From IMG/VR virus record IMGVR_UViG_2778261217_000006, positions 1 to 39,933 of that record: DNA of 39,933 nt; one strand, written 5' to 3'. Position numbers and translations under genes: made by a program. Below the pieces are notes generated by a model that was given only the letters and a program-made list of their open reading frames with translations, was not told the origin of the DNA and ran no database searches. How positions within the stretch are numbered: position 1 is the first letter of the stretch; the number at the start of each line of letters is the position of its first letter. Positions 18,862 to 27,021 of this stretch are shown piece by piece. This stretch comes from a virus (Duplodnaviria; Heunggongvirae; Uroviricota; Caudoviricetes).

Positions 18862-19920
18862 TTACGCTCCGGTTTCGGCTGCGGCGGCGCTGAAATCACC
18901 AATCTGGATGTTTTCCACCAGTGCGGCGCAGCGGTAGTCCTCAACCACATAGGCTTCGTTAACGGATTCAAAGTTTTCAATCCGGTCACGTTTCGGGTTG
19001 TCGATAACTGAACGGCGGCGGGTGTCTTCCTGCCAGTAGATGGACAGGTTATCCAGACGGGTGATCAGCAGCGCATTCGGCGGGAAGAACGGCGCACGCA
19101 CGGCCTGCAGGCCACCCATGCGTTTCTGACTGATGATCATATCGGCAGCCAGTTTTTCACTGTTTTCCTGCTCTTTGTTGACCAGCGGGAAATACTTGTC
19201 AGACAGCAGTTCACGACCGCAAATCACCACCAGATCGTCATCGTCCTGATAGACCACGTCGATAAGCTCATTAACGGCATCCATCACCACGGCGTCCAGG
19301 TTGGCATATTCGCCACCTTTCCCGACTTTCACCGCACCCGGTGTGGTTTCACCGCCCGTGGTGGTGCTGCCCATGACGTGATCCGGTGCATCCTCACGGA
19401 TTTTCTGCAGCCAGCCTTTGTTCACATCCTGCAGCAGCGGGTTTTCGCTACGGTTGGAGGTTTTCGCACGCTTCACGCCGTTAAAGCCGATCATGATGCG
19501 GTCCAGTGCCTGACGTTTCACGATGGCGTTACGGATACGCACCTGGAAATCCTGAAACTTCGCCCACAGGTCCAGCTTCGCGTAGGTCAGCACCGTGTCA
19601 AAGTTGGTCTGCTCGCATTTATATTCCACATCGACCATCAGCGTCGGATCGACAGGCTCACGCTCTTTTGCGGTGGTATCAGTGGTTCCGGCAATGGTGC
19701 TGCCAACCCCCAGCCCCAGCAACTGCCCAGACTGCTCAGTCACTGGCGTGACGTTAATCAGCGTCAGGAAAGCGGCGGACTGCTGGATCTGGTCTTCCAG
19801 CGTCTGCTGTACAGACGGCTCCACGGTGAACTTGCTGGACAGTTCTTCAACTGCCACACCGTTCAGACGCGCCAGCTGCTGCAGGTAAGCGTTAAAAGCA
19901 AAGCGGGTATTCTTCTTCAT
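18862..19920 (-). CDS. N: Major capsid protein gpN
   Basis: 352 aa; P2 N-like. Confidence 0.9.
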   Translation of the reverse strand: MKKNTRFAFNAYLQQLARLNGVAVEELSSKFTVEPSVQQTLEDQIQQSAAFLTLINVTPVTEQSGQLLGLGVGSTIAGTTDTTAKEREPVDPTLMVDVEYKCEQTNFDTVLTYAKLDLWAKFQDFQVRIRNAIVKRQALDRIMIGFNGVKRAKTSNRSENPLLQDVNKGWLQKIREDAPDHVMGSTTTGGETTPGAVKVGKGGEYANLDAVVMDAVNELIDVVYQDDDDLVVICGRELLSDKYFPLVNKEQENSEKLAADMIISQKRMGGLQAVRAPFFPPNALLITRLDNLSIYWQEDTRRRSVIDNPKRDRIENFESVNEAYVVEDYRCAALVENIQIGDFSAAAAETGA

Positions 19921-19936
19921 CAGGTTTTGTGCTCCA

Positions 19937-20770
19937 TCAGCAATTGGTCAGAGTGTCAGCGGGGGCGTTACCGCCTGTTGCACGCTGGCGGTAGTCCTGG
20001 CGGCTGTCTTCATGGCTCAGCTTATTCACCAGTTCGTTAAAGGCGGTTTGCTGCTCCTGCAGAGCAGTCTCCAGCTCAGACAGGCGTTCTTCCTGCTCAG
20101 ACAGGGATTTTTCGGTGCGTGCGCTCAGGTTCTGCTGCTCAGTGGCGACCAGCTCCACGGCTTTATGCACATCAGAGAACCGGGCATCGTCTGACTGCTC
20201 TTTTTTGGTGAACAGCGCCGTGACGCGGGCAAACAGGGACGGTTTGTCATCCTGGATTTCTTCCAGTTCGATCACCGTTTCCTCTGCAGCGGTAAAGAGA
20301 TTGGCGGGATTCTGCTTGCGGTTTGCCAGCGGGTTATGGGCTGCACTGGCGCTGAATGTCAGCATTTCCGTACCCAGACTGGCGGGATCATCAGTGGCAG
20401 CCAGGCCAACCAGGTAGGCTTTGCCCGTATCAGCGAACTTCGGGCTGACTTCCATAGAGGTGAATAATTTCTGGCCTTTTTTCACCAATTCCACCAGGGA
20501 TTCCGTTGGCTCAACGTCGGCATACAGCGCCATCTTGCCAGCCAGCGGACCTTCCGTGATTTCTTCAGCAAACAGCGCCGTCACCTTGCCGTAGCGGTTA
20601 AAGGTGCTGTCCGGCAAATAAGACTTGATGTGCTCAAGGTTAATCAGCGCGGTATACACCGCCGGGTTGTAGCTGGCTGCCATCTGTTCCAGCCATTCAC
20701 GCTGGATTTCACGTCCGTCGGTAGTGGCACCTTCCACCCCGATGCGAAAACGCTTTGCTTTCACTGTCAT
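19937..20770 (-). CDS. O: Capsid scaffolding protein gpO
   Basis: 277 aa with acidic coiled-coil C-terminus; first gene of the O-N-M-L operon. Confidence 0.85.
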   Translation of the reverse strand: MTVKAKRFRIGVEGATTDGREIQREWLEQMAASYNPAVYTALINLEHIKSYLPDSTFNRYGKVTALFAEEITEGPLAGKMALYADVEPTESLVELVKKGQKLFTSMEVSPKFADTGKAYLVGLAATDDPASLGTEMLTFSASAAHNPLANRKQNPANLFTAAEETVIELEEIQDDKPSLFARVTALFTKKEQSDDARFSDVHKAVELVATEQQNLSARTEKSLSEQEERLSELETALQEQQTAFNELVNKLSHEDSRQDYRQRATGGNAPADTLTNC

Positions 20771-20848
20771 GAGCCGTGCTCCGTTAGAAAAAACTTACTG
20801 GAGCCTTATGGTTGCGGTGATGGGGGCAGTGAAACAATGCGCGCCGCT

Positions 20849-20866
20849 TGTACCGACAACCACACA
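20849..20866. promoter_or_regulatory. Candidate Ogr-dependent late promoter element in the divergent O/P control region
   Basis: TGTACCGACAACCACACA (TGT-N12-ACA) between the divergent O and P starts. Confidence 0.45.
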
Positions 20867-20912
20867 AACCGCAGGCGGGGAAAGCCTTCTTTCAAGGCTG
20901 TAGGTTTGTGCC

Positions 20913-22679
20913 ATGAACACCACACTGACACCCGCAGATCTCGATCCCCGTCGGCAGGCCATGCTGCTGTACTTTCAGGGATACCGCGTAGCCCGCATTG
21001 CTGAAATGCTGGGCGAGAAAGTTGCAACCGTTCACAGCTGGAAAAAACGCGACAAGTGGGGTGACTATGGGCCGCTGGATCAGATGCAGCTCACCACCGC
21101 CGCACGCTATTGCCAGCTCATTATGAAGGAGCACAAAGAAGGGAAAGATTTCAAAGAAATTGACCTGCTGGCACGCCAGTCGGAGCGCCACGCGCGGATC
21201 GGCAAGTTTAACAATGGCGGCAACGAAGCCGACTTAAACCCTAACGTCGCCAACCGCAACAAAGGGCCGCGCCGTCAGCCGGAAAAGAATGTTTTCACCG
21301 ATGAACAGATTGAGAAGCTGGAAGAAATCTTCCATTCCTCCATGTTCAACTACCAGCGCCACTGGTGGGAAGCTGGAAAAACCAACCGCATCCGTAATCT
21401 GCTGAAGTCACGCCAGATCGGCGCGACCTTTTACTTTGCCCGTGAAGCCCTGATTGACGCCCTGCTTACCGGACGTAACCAGATTTTCCTTTCTGCCAGT
21501 AAGGCACAGGCTCACGTCTTTAAGCAATACATCATCGACTTCGCCAAAGAAGTCGAGGTGGAGCTGAAAGGCGATCCGATGGTGCTTCCTAACGGGGCCA
21601 CGCTTTACTTCCTCGGCACCAATGCCCGCACTGCCCAGAGTTATCACGGCAACCTATATCTGGATGAATATTTCTGGATACCGAAATTCCAGGAGCTGCG
21701 CAAAGTGGCTTCCGGTATGGCTATTCACAAAAAATGGCGACAAACCTATTTTTCCACGCCATCCAGCCTGACACACAGTGCTTATCCGTTCTGGTCTGGT
21801 GCGCTGTTCAACCGTGGGCGCAACAAAGCCGATAAGGTGGACATCGACCTGTCCCACAGCAATCTGGCCCCCGGCCTGCTGTGCGCAGACGGGCAATACC
21901 GCCAGATAGTCACCGTGGAAGATGCAGTGCGCGGCGGATGTAACCTTTTCGACCTCGATCAGTTGCGCATGGAGTACAGCCCGGACGAATACCAGAACCT
22001 GCTGATGTGCGAGTTTGTGGACGATCTCGCGTCCGTGTTCCCGCTCAGCGAGCTGCAGGCGTGCATGGTGGACAGTTGGGAAGTCTGGAGCGACTTTCAT
22101 GCACTGGCCCTGCGCCCGTTTGGCTGGCGCGAAGTGTGGATCGGTTATGACCCGGCAAAAGGTACGCAAAACGGCGACAGCGCCGGGTGCGTGGTGGTGG
22201 CACCGCCAGCCGTGCCGGGCGGTAAGTTCCGCATTCTTGAGCGTCACCAGTGGCGCGGGATGGACTTCCGCGCCCAGGCTGACGCCATCAAAAAACTGAC
22301 TGAACAGTACAACGTGACCTACATCGGCATCGACTCAACCGGCGTCGGTCACGGGGTTTACGAGAACGTGAAAGCGTTTTTTCCTGCCGTCCGGGAGTTT
22401 GTCTACAACCCCAACGTTAAAAACGCCCTGGTACTCAAGGCCTACGACATTATTAGCCACCGCCGCCTGGAGTTTGACGCTGGGCACACCGACATAGCGC
22501 AGTCCTTTATGGCAATCCGTCGCGCCACCACTGCCAGCGGCAACCGCCCGACCTATGAAGCCAGCCGCAGCGAAGAAGCCAGCCACGCCGATCTGGCCTG
22601 GGCAACAATGCACGCACTGTTTAATGAACCGCTGCAGGGCGAGTCCGCCAATACCAGCAATATTGTGGAGATTTTTTGA
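20913..22679 (+). CDS. P: Terminase large (ATPase) subunit gpP
   Basis: 588 aa, P2 P-like. Confidence 0.9.
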   Translation: MNTTLTPADLDPRRQAMLLYFQGYRVARIAEMLGEKVATVHSWKKRDKWGDYGPLDQMQLTTAARYCQLIMKEHKEGKDFKEIDLLARQSERHARIGKFNNGGNEADLNPNVANRNKGPRRQPEKNVFTDEQIEKLEEIFHSSMFNYQRHWWEAGKTNRIRNLLKSRQIGATFYFAREALIDALLTGRNQIFLSASKAQAHVFKQYIIDFAKEVEVELKGDPMVLPNGATLYFLGTNARTAQSYHGNLYLDEYFWIPKFQELRKVASGMAIHKKWRQTYFSTPSSLTHSAYPFWSGALFNRGRNKADKVDIDLSHSNLAPGLLCADGQYRQIVTVEDAVRGGCNLFDLDQLRMEYSPDEYQNLLMCEFVDDLASVFPLSELQACMVDSWEVWSDFHALALRPFGWREVWIGYDPAKGTQNGDSAGCVVVAPPAVPGGKFRILERHQWRGMDFRAQADAIKKLTEQYNVTYIGIDSTGVGHGVYENVKAFFPAVREFVYNPNVKNALVLKAYDIISHRRLEFDAGHTDIAQSFMAIRRATTASGNRPTYEASRSEEASHADLAWATMHALFNEPLQGESANTSNIVEIF

Positions 22680-23716
22680 TGGGAAAGAGTAAGAAAAACC
22701 GCGCTGCGGCGACGAATCAGCTCAAGCATAAAAGCCAAACTTTAGCCGAAGCATTCAGCTTTGGCGATCCCGTTCCTGTTCTGGACCGCCGTGAACTGCT
22801 GGACTATGTGGAATGCGTACAGATGGATCGCTGGTATGAGCCGCCCGTCAGCTTTGACGGACTGGCACGAACCTTCCGCGCCGCCGTGCATCACAGCTCA
22901 CCAATTGCGGTGAAATGCAACATTCTGACCAGTACCTACATCCCTCACCCGCTGCTCAGCCAGCAGGCTTTTTCACGTTTTGTGCAGGACTATCTGGTAT
23001 TTGGTAACGCCTACCTGGAGAAACGCACGAACCGCTTCGGTGAAGTTATCGCCCTTGAGCCTGCTCTGGCAAAATACACCCGACGCGGGTTAGACCTGGA
23101 TACCTACTGGTTTGTGCAATACGGTATGACAACCCAGCCGTATCAGTTCACGAAAGGCAGCATTTTTCATCTGATGGAACCTGACATCAACCAGGAGATC
23201 TACGGCCTACCAGGTTATCTTTCTGCCATTCCGTCAGCCCTGCTCAACGAGTCCGCCACGCTGTTCCGCCGGAAGTATTACATTAACGGCAGCCATGCAG
23301 GCTTCATCATGTACATGACCGATGCCGCGCAGAACCAGGAGGATGTGAACAACCTCCGCAATGCGATGAAAAGCGCCAAAGGCCCTGGCAACTTCCGCAA
23401 CCTGTTTATGTACTCGCCTAACGGCAAAAAGGACGGACTTCAGATTATCCCGTTGTCAGAAGTCGCAGCGAAGGATGAGTTTCTGAATATCAAGAACGTG
23501 AGCCGTGATGACATGATGGCTGCGCACCGCGTGCCGCCGCAAATGATGGGGATTATGCCTAATAATGTCGGGGGATTTGGTGATGTGGAAAAGGCCAGCA
23601 AAGTCTTTGTCCGAAACGAGCTAATTCCGCTACAGAAGCGGCTGCAAGAACTTAACCAATGGGTTGGTGAAGAGGTAGCTCGCTTTGAATCATATTGTCT
23701 AGAACCAAGGGAATAA
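22676..23716 (+). CDS. Q: Portal protein gpQ
   Basis: 346 aa, P2 Q-like; overlaps P by 4 nt. Confidence 0.9.
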   Translation: MMGKSKKNRAAATNQLKHKSQTLAEAFSFGDPVPVLDRRELLDYVECVQMDRWYEPPVSFDGLARTFRAAVHHSSPIAVKCNILTSTYIPHPLLSQQAFSRFVQDYLVFGNAYLEKRTNRFGEVIALEPALAKYTRRGLDLDTYWFVQYGMTTQPYQFTKGSIFHLMEPDINQEIYGLPGYLSAIPSALLNESATLFRRKYYINGSHAGFIMYMTDAAQNQEDVNNLRNAMKSAKGPGNFRNLFMYSPNGKKDGLQIIPLSEVAAKDEFLNIKNVSRDDMMAAHRVPPQMMGIMPNNVGGFGDVEKASKVFVRNELIPLQKRLQELNQWVGEEVARFESYCLEPRE

Positions 23717-23719
23717 ATG

Positions 23720-23755
23720 TACTGTTTGTTCAAATTGAACACACAGTACTTTTTA
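23720..23755 (+). terminator. Hairpin with T-run after Q (likely terminator between the convergent Q and cargo operon)
   Basis: GTACTGTTTGTTCAA-A-TTGAACACACAGTAC followed by TTTTT. Confidence 0.4.
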
Positions 23756-23760
23756 ATATA

Positions 23761-24600
23761 TTAGATGGCTGGGTTGATGTAATCACCCACGTCATCACCT
23801 TGTAGACTAATGTACTCAACCCGCCACTGGTCCATTCGCCGTAACGCATACAGACTGAATTCAACGTCAGGAACTGCGTTACAAGACATAAGCGCAATGA
23901 GTTCACTTTCAGACGCATCACCATGGTACGTTACAAAGAACTCTTCAATTTGTGTTGCCGCCTGCTCTGCCTCTGCTCTTGCATCCGGCCCACCATCTAT
24001 AGAATCATAGACAAGATGAATATTCAGTTCGTAAGGTACACCTTCCTCTAAATCATTGAAACGATCTTCGCCTAAATCAAAGAATACACCTATCAAATAG
24101 ACTGAATGTTTGCTAATTATCTTTGCGAGTTCTTTTTCGAATCTAAATTTCTTTGTGTCGAAAGCTCTTAGCCTACTCTCAAAAACATCAGGAAAGGCAG
24201 GTCGCCCATAGCGGGCAGCAAGCCATTGTTTTAAACCTTGCTTTTCCTCAGGGGATATTTGGCAAGTAGGGTCACATCCCACACACGTGAAACGTTCTTT
24301 ATCAATACGAAATTTGTTGTCATGTCTTAGTTCAATTGCATTTTGATTCGCGTCACGCGCTTGCTCTAAATGCAAATGCAGAACTCTGGGATGTTTAGCA
24401 CGTGCATAATTGCTGGCCCCCTTAATGAGAGGGCCAGCAATAAGCTCAACGCTGGGTTCAGAAGAGCTTTGCAAGTCACAATCATGACTGATCACGACAA
24501 CTTTAACGCCTATTTCCTCTTCGGTAAGAATACCCAAAGAAACTGCATCCTCATGCCTAAGAACCTGGCCTTGGCGCCATGCTGTAGCAATATCAACCAT
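23761..24600 (-). CDS. Hypothetical protein, cargo operon gene 3 (279 aa)
   Basis: ATG with AAGGAG upstream; 10 bp after the gene 2 stop; no family I can recognise (Cys cluster FTCVGCDPTC, acidic C-terminus). Confidence 0.7.
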   Translation of the reverse strand: MVDIATAWRQGQVLRHEDAVSLGILTEEEIGVKVVVISHDCDLQSSSEPSVELIAGPLIKGASNYARAKHPRVLHLHLEQARDANQNAIELRHDNKFRIDKERFTCVGCDPTCQISPEEKQGLKQWLAARYGRPAFPDVFESRLRAFDTKKFRFEKELAKIISKHSVYLIGVFFDLGEDRFNDLEEGVPYELNIHLVYDSIDGGPDARAEAEQAATQIEEFFVTYHGDASESELIALMSCNAVPDVEFSLYALRRMDQWRVEYISLQGDDVGDYINPAI

Positions 24601-24610
24601 AAATGACTAT

Positions 24611-25252
24611 CTACTCCTTCATTCCTGAACCAGGTATAGAAACAGACGACATCCACCCGTCAGTTGGCGTGCTTTTGCTCCCAGTTAAATTCGCTTTTAC
24701 ACCTGCAATTTTAAGCTGGCGAGCTTCATCGATTAAGAGATTCACAGACGACTTCCAGTCATCGCCTCGCTTAATCAAATCAATAATAGATAAGCCGTCA
24801 AACGCTTTCATTTTTGACATCAACTTAGCATTTTCTACTCCTGCTTTGTTAAAGCGATCGGCTAATCTACTGAGTTCAATGATGTAACCAGCTTTCCCAA
24901 TATCATCAGGCTGACTGTCACCGGATAACCATTTGTATAATGCTTGCCTAGTAATACCCAAATCTTTAGCCAGTTCTGACATTGATGGAGAAAGAGTATC
25001 CCTAACATTACTTAAATGTTCTGAAATTGTCCTGATATCAACAGGGTCATTATCTGTATCCCCATGATTTTCAAGTTTAGATAACCCAAAATGGACTTTA
25101 GGTTGTACAAAACCACGCCACTGGTTTACATCCTTCACAGAATAGCTCGCTCCTGTTCCACTCAGGAACATAGAGGTTGCAACAAATAACGCTCCAGCAA
25201 TAGGAGCTAAACCAGGAGTCCCATAGCAACTACCAGTCATGGATTGACGCAT
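24611..25252 (-). CDS. Hypothetical protein with central XRE-type helix-turn-helix, cargo operon gene 2 (213 aa)
   Basis: Start set at the ATG preceded by GGGGAGGTG (the track ORF begins at a GTG at 25279); HTH MSELAKDLGITRQALYKWLSG; hydrophobic Gly-rich N-terminal segment. Confidence 0.7.
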   Translation of the reverse strand: MRQSMTGSCYGTPGLAPIAGALFVATSMFLSGTGASYSVKDVNQWRGFVQPKVHFGLSKLENHGDTDNDPVDIRTISEHLSNVRDTLSPSMSELAKDLGITRQALYKWLSGDSQPDDIGKAGYIIELSRLADRFNKAGVENAKLMSKMKAFDGLSIIDLIKRGDDWKSSVNLLIDEARQLKIAGVKANLTGSKSTPTDGWMSSVSIPGSGMKE

Positions 25253-25269
25253 ATTACACCTCCCCGGTG

Positions 25270-26076
25270 TTATACCCACCTATTAATGGCATGTTGGGAT
25301 ACCATTTTATTAAAGCTTTCCTTTACAACACCATGTAGTGAATTGAACTGTTGCTCAATTGAATCTATTTCTGGCGGCATGTTTCCTTCAACATAATGGT
25401 CTGTATCAATAATTCCATGCCAAAGAGCCTTGTCGCTCCTGAACCGCTCAAGCATTTCAACCCCAAAGGGCAAGATATCTGGAGGAAAACTCAACTGACC
25501 AAACATCTTATGCAAACGAGTTACTAAAAAGCCAGTACTTATAACAGGACCAACATTTGTTTGGAAAACCATCTCGTTAACCGATTGTATCGGAGATAAA
25601 TCCAAATCTACACCATGTAAGCCATTGCAAAGGTACTGCTCAATCTTTTCACCCTCACTAGGTATTACGGCATCCAGATACCTCAAACCAAGTCTTGTCA
25701 AAAGGGCTGGGTTAGCATGTTCTATTACGACAGACAATCCTTCCATCAATGCTTTAAAGAACGGTTCATGTTCTTTGTAATCAGTCGTCTGGAAAGTAAT
25801 AAAATCGTTACCCAAGACAAAACCTGAAGTCTTAGTGATGTCAGACATATACCACTGCTGGACCATTTCAAAAGATGGCTGAGGCGATTCACCGGGCGTA
25901 TTAACATCAAACACCATTTGCATTGCCTCTCTTCTTTCAAAGAGTGGATAGCCCCTTAAACGCAATGCTTCCTGAATGTCATCGACATACTTTTTCATCG
26001 CCTTGATAGGCGTAAACTTAACTTGCGCCAGCACATAGTATACGGGTGCATTGGACATGCGATTGCTGTCACTCAT
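25270..26076 (-). CDS. Hypothetical protein, cargo operon gene 1 (268 aa)
   Basis: ATG preceded by AGGAGG; first gene of a co-directional trio; no recognisable P2/186 core homolog. Confidence 0.75.
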   Translation of the reverse strand: MSDSNRMSNAPVYYVLAQVKFTPIKAMKKYVDDIQEALRLRGYPLFERREAMQMVFDVNTPGESPQPSFEMVQQWYMSDITKTSGFVLGNDFITFQTTDYKEHEPFFKALMEGLSVVIEHANPALLTRLGLRYLDAVIPSEGEKIEQYLCNGLHGVDLDLSPIQSVNEMVFQTNVGPVISTGFLVTRLHKMFGQLSFPPDILPFGVEMLERFRSDKALWHGIIDTDHYVEGNMPPEIDSIEQQFNSLHGVVKESFNKMVSQHAINRWV

Positions 26077-26211
26077 GTCGCCCTCCTAATTTTAAAATCC
26101 ATCAATAACGTTCTTTTCAATATAGTTTACATCTTGGTTGACACATTAACCATAACAAAGTTCCATCAAAACATCTTTTGATAACTTTATATTTAAACTA
26201 CCGGGCGCGCG

Positions 26212-26230
26212 CTCGTATCCCCGCCACGCC
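26212..26230 (-). other. Candidate cos (cohesive end) site
   Basis: Minus strand reads GGCGTGGCGGGGATACGAG; the first 13 nt match the conserved core of the P2/186 19-nt cohesive ends as I recall them (GGCG[A/T]GGCGGGGA...). Confidence 0.5.
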
Positions 26231-26275
26231 TGCCCGCTTTATGTAGTGGTTTTCATGCACCTGCATGATCTACGC

Positions 26276-26299
26276 AAAAGCCCGCCAGTTCTGGCGGGC
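26276..26299 (-). terminator. Hairpin downstream of the DinI-like gene
   Basis: GCCCGCCAG-TT-CTGGCGGGC stem-loop with a short U-run on the minus strand. Confidence 0.45.
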
Positions 26300-26434
26300 C
26301 TTAGCAAAAACGATCCTCAAACGATCATGCGATCTCATGCGGCATAGACATGCACTACAGAGCTAACGCCTCGCAAGGACTCGTTGTTCAACCTTGCTGA
26401 CGCCAGAAGCAAGTTCAGACGCCAGCAACGTTTC

Positions 26435-26668
26435 TTAATGCAGCCAGCTGTCGTCTTCCCACACCTTCTGCATAATTTTCATCACTTGTTTTCTTTCTTC
26501 GTCCTGTTGCAGCCCGGTCAGTTCCACACCGTTAGAGCTACCTTTGCGGATACGAATTACCATTTTGGGATACAGGGGGCGCAGATTGCGGTAAAGCTCG
26601 GATTCAAGGGCGTCCAGGGTAGACTGGCTAATCTTCTGCTCTTTATCGATCATTATTTCAATGCGCAT
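26435..26668 (-). CDS. DinI-family protein (78 aa)
   Basis: MRIEIMIDK...IDALESEL...VWEDDSWLH aligns along its length with E. coli DinI; start set at the ATG with GAGG upstream (the track ORF begins at 26740). Confidence 0.8.
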   Translation of the reverse strand: MRIEIMIDKEQKISQSTLDALESELYRNLRPLYPKMVIRIRKGSSNGVELTGLQQDEERKQVMKIMQKVWEDDSWLH

Positions 26669-26678
26669 AAAAGTCACC

Positions 26679-26867
26679 TCAGCTGATGACATCCATTGAG
26701 CGGTTGTATTCGTGGCTTCTGATTTTTGCCATGAGTTCATCAGTCAATTCAGAAACCCACTGCAGAGCCAGCCCCTTCTCTTCATCACTACACTCACTAG
26801 CCGCTACAAGCTTAAGAAAAAAATCAATGCGCTGGAGCTTCAAAGACTCCAAAAAAAAGTCCTGCAT
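26679..26867 (-). CDS. Small hypothetical protein (62 aa), first gene of the LexA-box operon
   Basis: ATG preceded by AGGAGGAAAG; directly downstream of the LexA box. Confidence 0.55.
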   Translation of the reverse strand: MQDFFLESLKLQRIDFFLKLVAASECSDEEKGLALQWVSELTDELMAKIRSHEYNRSMDVIS

Positions 26868-26908
26868 CTTTCCTCCTATGACACCACAAGCAATACTGTA
26901 TATATAAC

Positions 26909-26928
26909 CACTGTTTATAATTACAGTA
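26909..26928. promoter_or_regulatory. LexA operator (SOS box)
   Basis: CACTGTTTATAATTACAGTA matches CTGT-N8-ACAG with AT-rich spacer; located in the promoter region of the minus-strand small-ORF/DinI operon. Confidence 0.6.
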
Positions 26929-27021
26929 TATAATAATCTTACTGATGTAAAACGTTTTTTTTACGTTCATCAGCCTAATATGCCTGGTATTATTAAGAGC
27001 ACGAATTGTTAACCTGCGTAA

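Noticed and set aside
19378-20040. 220-aa plus-strand ORF opposite major capsid gene N
   Set aside because: Antisense shadow ORF.
23717-23760. cos site expected immediately next to Q as in P2
   Set aside because: The interval is AT-rich and holds only a hairpin with a T-run; the GC-rich cos-like core is at 26212..26230 instead.
26893-26908. Possible second LexA half-site (TACTGTATATATAACC) next to the SOS box
   Set aside because: Has CTGT but no ACAG partner at the required N8 spacing; only the 26909..26928 site fits the full consensus.
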